Of a stretch of DNA of 64,000 nt, positions 60,601 through 64,000 are shown piece after piece. Under the pieces are notes generated by a model. The model saw only the letters and a program-made list of their open reading frames with translations, ran no database searches and was not told the origin of the DNA. The translations under genes were made by a program, and so were the position numbers. The stretch is taken from the NCBI GenBank assembly GCA_950097015.1, contig CATNEN010000038.1, positions 10,788,001 through 10,852,000 on the forward strand, written 5' to 3'. How positions within the stretch are numbered: position 1 is the stretch's first letter; each line of letters begins with the position of its first letter. This DNA comes from Macrostomum hystrix. Lineage: Eukaryota > Animalia > Platyhelminthes.

Positions 60601-63600
60601 CACGATTCTCAAATCCAATAATCTCGACTCTCAGATCCCTTCATCTCACGACTCTCAGATCCCTTCATCTCACGACTCTCAGGTCCCTTCATCTCACGAC
60701 TCTCAGGTCCCTTCATCTCACGACTCTCAGGTCCCTTCATCTCACGACTCTCAGGTCCCTTCATCTCACGACTCTCAGGTCCCTTCATCTCACGACTCTC
60801 AGGTCCCTTCATCTCACGGCTCTCAGATTCCTTCATCTCACGACTCTCAGGTCCCTTCATCTCACGACTCTCAGGTCCCTTCATCTCACGACTCTCATGT
60901 CCCTTCATCTCACGACTTTCAAATCCCATAATCTCGACTCTCAGATCCCTTCATCTCACGACTCTCAAATCCCTTCATCTCACGACTCTCAAATCCAATA
61001 ATCTCGACTCTCAGATCCCTTCATCTCACGACTCTCAGATCCCTTCATCTCACGACTCTCAAATCCAATAATCTCGACTCTCAGATCCCTTCATCACACG
61101 ACTCTCAAATCCCTTCATCTCACGACTCTCAGATCCCTTCATCTCACGACTCTCAAATCCCTTCATCTCACGACTTTCAAATCCCATAATCTCGACTCTC
61201 AGATCCCTTCATCTCACGACTCTCAAAGCCCATAATCTCACCACTCTCAGATCCCTTCATCTCACGACTCTCAGATCCCTTCATCTCACGACTCTCAAAT
61301 CCCTTCATCTCACGACTTTCAGATCCCTTCATCTCACGACTCTCAGATCCCTTCATCTCACGACTCTCAGATCCCTTCATCTCACGACTCTCAAATCCCT
61401 TCATCTCACGACTTTCAAATCCCATAATCTCGACTCTCAGATCCCTTCATCTCACGACTCTCAGATCCCTTCATCTCACGACTTTCAAATCCCATAATCT
61501 CGACTCTCAGATCCCTTCATCTCACGACTCTCAAATCCCTTCATCTCACGACTCTCAGATCCCTTCATCTCACGACTCTCAAATCCCTTCATCTCACGAC
61601 TCTCAGATCCCTTCATCTCACGACTCTCAAATCCCTTCATCTCACGACTCTCAGATCCCTTCATCTCACGACTCTCAAATCCCTTCATCTCACGACTCTC
61701 AGATCCCTTCATCTCACGACTCTCAAAGCCCATAATCTCACGACTCTCAGGTCCCTGTATCGTAGTCTTAATCTAAAATCACATGATAGCTTTTTCTTTT
61801 AAAAAGCAAGTTTCACTAGGGATTGAAGCGGGATTAGGACAGGAAGGAAGTTTGAAGAGCATCTTTAGCAACAAGCATCATTATTGTTTAAACATAAGCA
61901 ACATCCTTCAGTTTAAAGTACTTAGAAAGGCTTAAATTAACTCTTAAGGCCACTCAAGAGCTGAACGGAACTGAAGTGAAAAAACTCGCGATTAAAATCG
62001 ATAAAAAACGTTTTTTATAGTGTCTCTACTCTATGCTTAAATAGTACAGGAAAAACATCGGATGATTGAGCAAAATACTTCAGAAGAGAATTAAAAAACT
62101 TGATTATATTTAGAAATCGCAGTTTATAAAAAGTTCATTCGCTATTTATAAATTATTTTACTTGTAAAATCCCTATCTGCAAAATTTCCTTAAAATCCCG
62201 ATATTTATCTGAGAACTATTTTTCTAGAACGTATATCCTTGAATTTATTTTCTAAAACCCCAATATTAGATCCCCTTACCATAGAATGACTATCCCAGTT
62301 AAAAATAATAATAATTGGAGGAGGGCTGCGGGCAATGGCACAACATTTGGTGACACCAGACCCGCAGCCAGCCAGGAGGCAATTCTGCCCATTTCGCTGA
62401 CTCCTGAGCACACTCGCACACAGATATCGGACGCAGGCACACGCTCACACACACTGGGCCCCAAATAAATGTGGCCTCGCCGCGGAATCGAACTCAGGAA
62501 CCTGGGTGCGTGAGGCAAACGCGGTAGAGCACTCTGCCACCCACCAGCAAGAATCGCTGTTATGAAATAACATCATAATCAAATTATTATGCGAGAATCG
62601 AACGAGTTCAATTCGGACTAGCGCAGAAAGCTTAATAAAAAACTGTCAATTTTTTTTCATTCGTTTTTTTCGACTAAATTCAGTTTTTGTGACACAACTC
62701 CTGTTTCTTAATGGCTGCTTAGTCAGTCGAGCTTCACAAAACCATGGGGTTTTTCATTCAGATTCAGACGAACAAACAAATACACGAAAAGCCACTTGCC
62801 TATAGTTCCTGAATTTAGCTTAACTACTTTTTTGCTGTTTAAGCGCCAGTGAAATTCTAATGTGCGGTAAGAAAAATAGCTTTTTAGTTTATTTTGCTAA
62901 ATTCTTCACATTCTTTTGCTCGCAAAAAAAGCTAGTTACCACGTGACAAAAATACAACATTGCATGGGATTTGCGAGGCCTTGGCCTTGCTAAATAATTC
63001 TAGACAGACTAGAAATTATTAAAGAAATCCCATTTTTTACTTTGACAACCTGCCCTCGGATAAATTTTTTGTATTAAAAAACGGATCATACAGACAAAAG
63101 TACGTAGCAAAGACCGAAAATGTGAAATATAAAAAATCTATAACTACCTCGTATACGACAAAACTATAAAAAAATCCCTAAAAACAGATTTAAGAAGCTA
63201 CAAATTGCTTGTTAGAAATGATTATGTTAGAATCTGGATTTCTGGAAACTGAAAAGAAACCCTTAAATCCCGAATCCACAAATCTAATCCAACAATCCTC
63301 AGTATCAAAAAATTGATTCAATAATTTCATGTAACACCAAAATCCCCTTCGATATCCCAAAACTTGATTACACCTGCCCCAATTGGTTCAGATGTGCAGC
63401 CGCCAGCGCAGCCGCAGCTAATGCGCGGCGCATCTGAAGGCTGCGTACAGCTGCTCAGTCCATGGACTGGGGGGACGCCACACCCACCCTCAATTACCCC
63501 AGCTAATGCTGGCACCCATTTTAACAGCTGGGTGAACTGAAGCAATGCAGAGTTAGGTGGCTTGCTAAAGGACACAAATTGTTCCAGTGGAGTCGGGAAT

Positions 63601-64000
63601 CGAACCCCAGACCTTCAAGTCGTGAGTCTGACGCTCTCACCACTAGGCTACAACTTCTTATACTCCATATCCCAAAAATATCCTATAATCTTGTCTTCCA
63701 AAGGCCCAAGGAAGGGGGTTGCAGCCTAGTGGTCAGCTGGGGTGATTGAGGGTGGGTGTGGCGTCCCCCCAGTCCATGGACTGGACAGCCGTACGCAGCC
63801 TTCAGATGCGCCGCGCAATAGCTGCGGCTGTGCTGTCGACAGCTGATCTGAACCAATTGGGGCAGGTGAAATCAATAATTATTTTTTGTCTTCCCCAAAA
63901 AGCTTACTCTTCTTGACGACCATCTTGCGTGAGTGGACCACGGTCTCGCGACCGTCCGGCCCAACAGCGGCGGCCTCGCAGAACAGCCGGTACTTCGGCA
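34785..64000 (-). CDS. Dscam: Dscam-like Ig/FN3 cell-adhesion receptor (5' end beyond the window), 20 exons seen, ~2300 codons
   Basis: Phase-consistent GT-AG exons in transcript order: 64000-63908, 53489-53328, 51891-51385, 49137-48814, 48069-47719, 45855-45263, 45175-44950, 44618-44475, 44387-43744, 43279-42809, 42393-42192, 42101-41949, 41159-40701, 40476-40353, 40227-40079, 39878-39325, 38990-38521, 37947-37277, 36450-35910, 34920-34785. Domain order is Ig1(end)-Ig9, FN3 x4, Ig, FN3 x2, TM (YIVAAGVLALLLICLFVVCTTVLY), Q/Y-rich tail ending VTFV*. Ig4 (VDFGGNASLIC..DQGPYQCF..SAQSS) and Ig9 (GDKPINVSW) resemble Dscam. Confidence 0.85.
34948..35880. repeat. ~18-22-bp intronic minisatellite GATGGGGTGAGAGTCTGTTGAT
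   Basis: Fills the last Dscam intron. Confidence 0.93.
36545..37130. repeat. 24-bp (2x12) intronic minisatellite GGGATTATCAATGGGATATTTAAC
   Basis: Tandem copies. Confidence 0.93.
38085..38490. repeat. ~20-bp intronic minisatellite AAAGGGTTTGAGGTGGGTGT
   Basis: Tandem variants. Confidence 0.9.
39160..39290 (-). mobile_element. Degenerate SINE family B fragment
   Basis: GGCTGTGTACAGCTGTTCAGTCCGTGGACTGG..GACGCCA..AACTGAAGCAATG matches 63440-63550. Confidence 0.6.
41255..41860. repeat. GGGAATTCTG/GGGAATCC degenerate intronic repeat (related short copy at 40555-40630)
   Basis: Repeated GGAAT(T/C)C cores at ~10-bp spacing. Confidence 0.85.
42440..42780. repeat. 24-bp intronic minisatellite TGCTCATCACAGTGCTCATAGTAC
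   Basis: Near-perfect tandem copies. Confidence 0.95.
43310..43575. repeat. ~21-bp intronic minisatellite GGTTGGAGTGTGGGATCTGTG
   Basis: Tandem variants. Confidence 0.9.
47060..47690. repeat. 21-bp intronic minisatellite GAGAGATTAGAGATACGATGG
   Basis: Tandem variants. Confidence 0.92.
48130..48760. repeat. 12-bp intronic minisatellite GAGAGTGACTAG and variants
   Basis: Tandem variants GTGACTAGGAGA / GTGACTATGAGA / GTGCCTAAAAGA. Confidence 0.92.
49160..50385. repeat. 21-bp intronic minisatellite TCTGACAGTCTGACTCCATCA
   Basis: Alternating CCATCA/CCATGG variants; accounts for the 415- and 424-aa ORFs. Confidence 0.96.
50915..51362. repeat. 20-bp intronic minisatellite TCTACTTTCTAATCTACCAG grading to TCTACTCACTAATCTAAGAG
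   Basis: Tandem copies with a gradual sequence change along the array. Confidence 0.93.
51940..52675. repeat. ~20-bp intronic minisatellite ATCTACCAATCTACACTCCT
   Basis: Tandem variants. Confidence 0.93.
54265..54720. repeat. (GATA)n microsatellite
   Basis: About 450 bp of TAGA/GATA with sparse interruptions. Confidence 0.97.
55123..55280 (-). mobile_element. SINE family A internal fragment
   Basis: ATTCTGCCCATTTCGCTGACTCCTGAGCACAC..CATCGTCAGGCAGTG. Confidence 0.7.
55878..59442. repeat. 22-bp satellite GATCCCAAACTAGATTCCTCAA with an 11-mer higher-order repeat
   Basis: Variant TCTAGATCCG at 56071, 56313, 56555 and 56797 (period 242), then 57083 (286). Confidence 0.97.
60355..61755. repeat. 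24-bp minisatellite CCCTTCATCTCACGACTCTCAGGT / ...AGAT / ...AAAT
   Basis: Tandem variants. Confidence 0.96.
62303..62545 (-). mobile_element. SINE family A copy with an internal deletion
   Basis: Reverse complement has A-box TGGCAGAGTG, B-box GTTCGATTCC, the 3' body and the (AAT)-type tail as in the 20156 copy; the middle of the body is missing. Confidence 0.78.
63368..63657 (-). mobile_element. tRNA-derived SINE family B with a CORE-like central domain
   Basis: Reverse complement has A-box TAGCCTAGTGG, B-box GGTTCGATTCC, then GTGTCCTTTAGCAAGCCACCTAAC...CACCCAGCTGTTAAAATGGGT (CORE/Meta-like). Confidence 0.78.
63714..63880 (+). mobile_element. SINE family B internally deleted copy, head-to-head with the previous copy
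   Basis: A-box CAGCCTAGTGG joined directly to the 3' body AGCTGGGGTGATTGAGGG...CTGAACCAATTGGGGCAGGTG. Confidence 0.75.

Overview
Eukaryotic, intron-containing animal DNA. GC-rich exons are separated by AT-rich introns and spacers, most of them filled with a locus-specific minisatellite of about 18-33 bp. This style suggests a free-living flatworm such as Macrostomum (inference only). The + strand carries five co-oriented genes: the 3' end of an ING-family PHD gene, a 7-exon Ack/TNK2 tyrosine kinase, a 2-exon N-terminal methyltransferase (NTMT1), a short divergent phytochelatin-synthase-like gene and an intronless stomatin. The - strand (34785 to beyond 64000) carries a Dscam-like receptor with at least 20 exons (Ig x9, FN3 x4, Ig, FN3 x2, TM, PDZ-type tail), which I spliced by hand with consistent phases. 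Two tRNA-derived SINE families are also present. Most long ORFs in the track are translations of tandem repeats. Main observations: (1) an array of about 87 copies of the Ack exon/intron junction gives 27 in-frame 5' splice donors; (2) two genes have a first coding exon with no ATG that starts in phase 0 right after an AG, as expected if a flatworm spliced-leader AUG supplies the start codon in an operon-like cluster; (3) some minisatellites appear seeded from adjacent exon or splice-site sequence, including an antisense copy of the CDS in a 3'UTR; (4) a foldback-like inverted pair of arrays; (5) a PCS-like enzyme with an intact triad but altered substrate residues.
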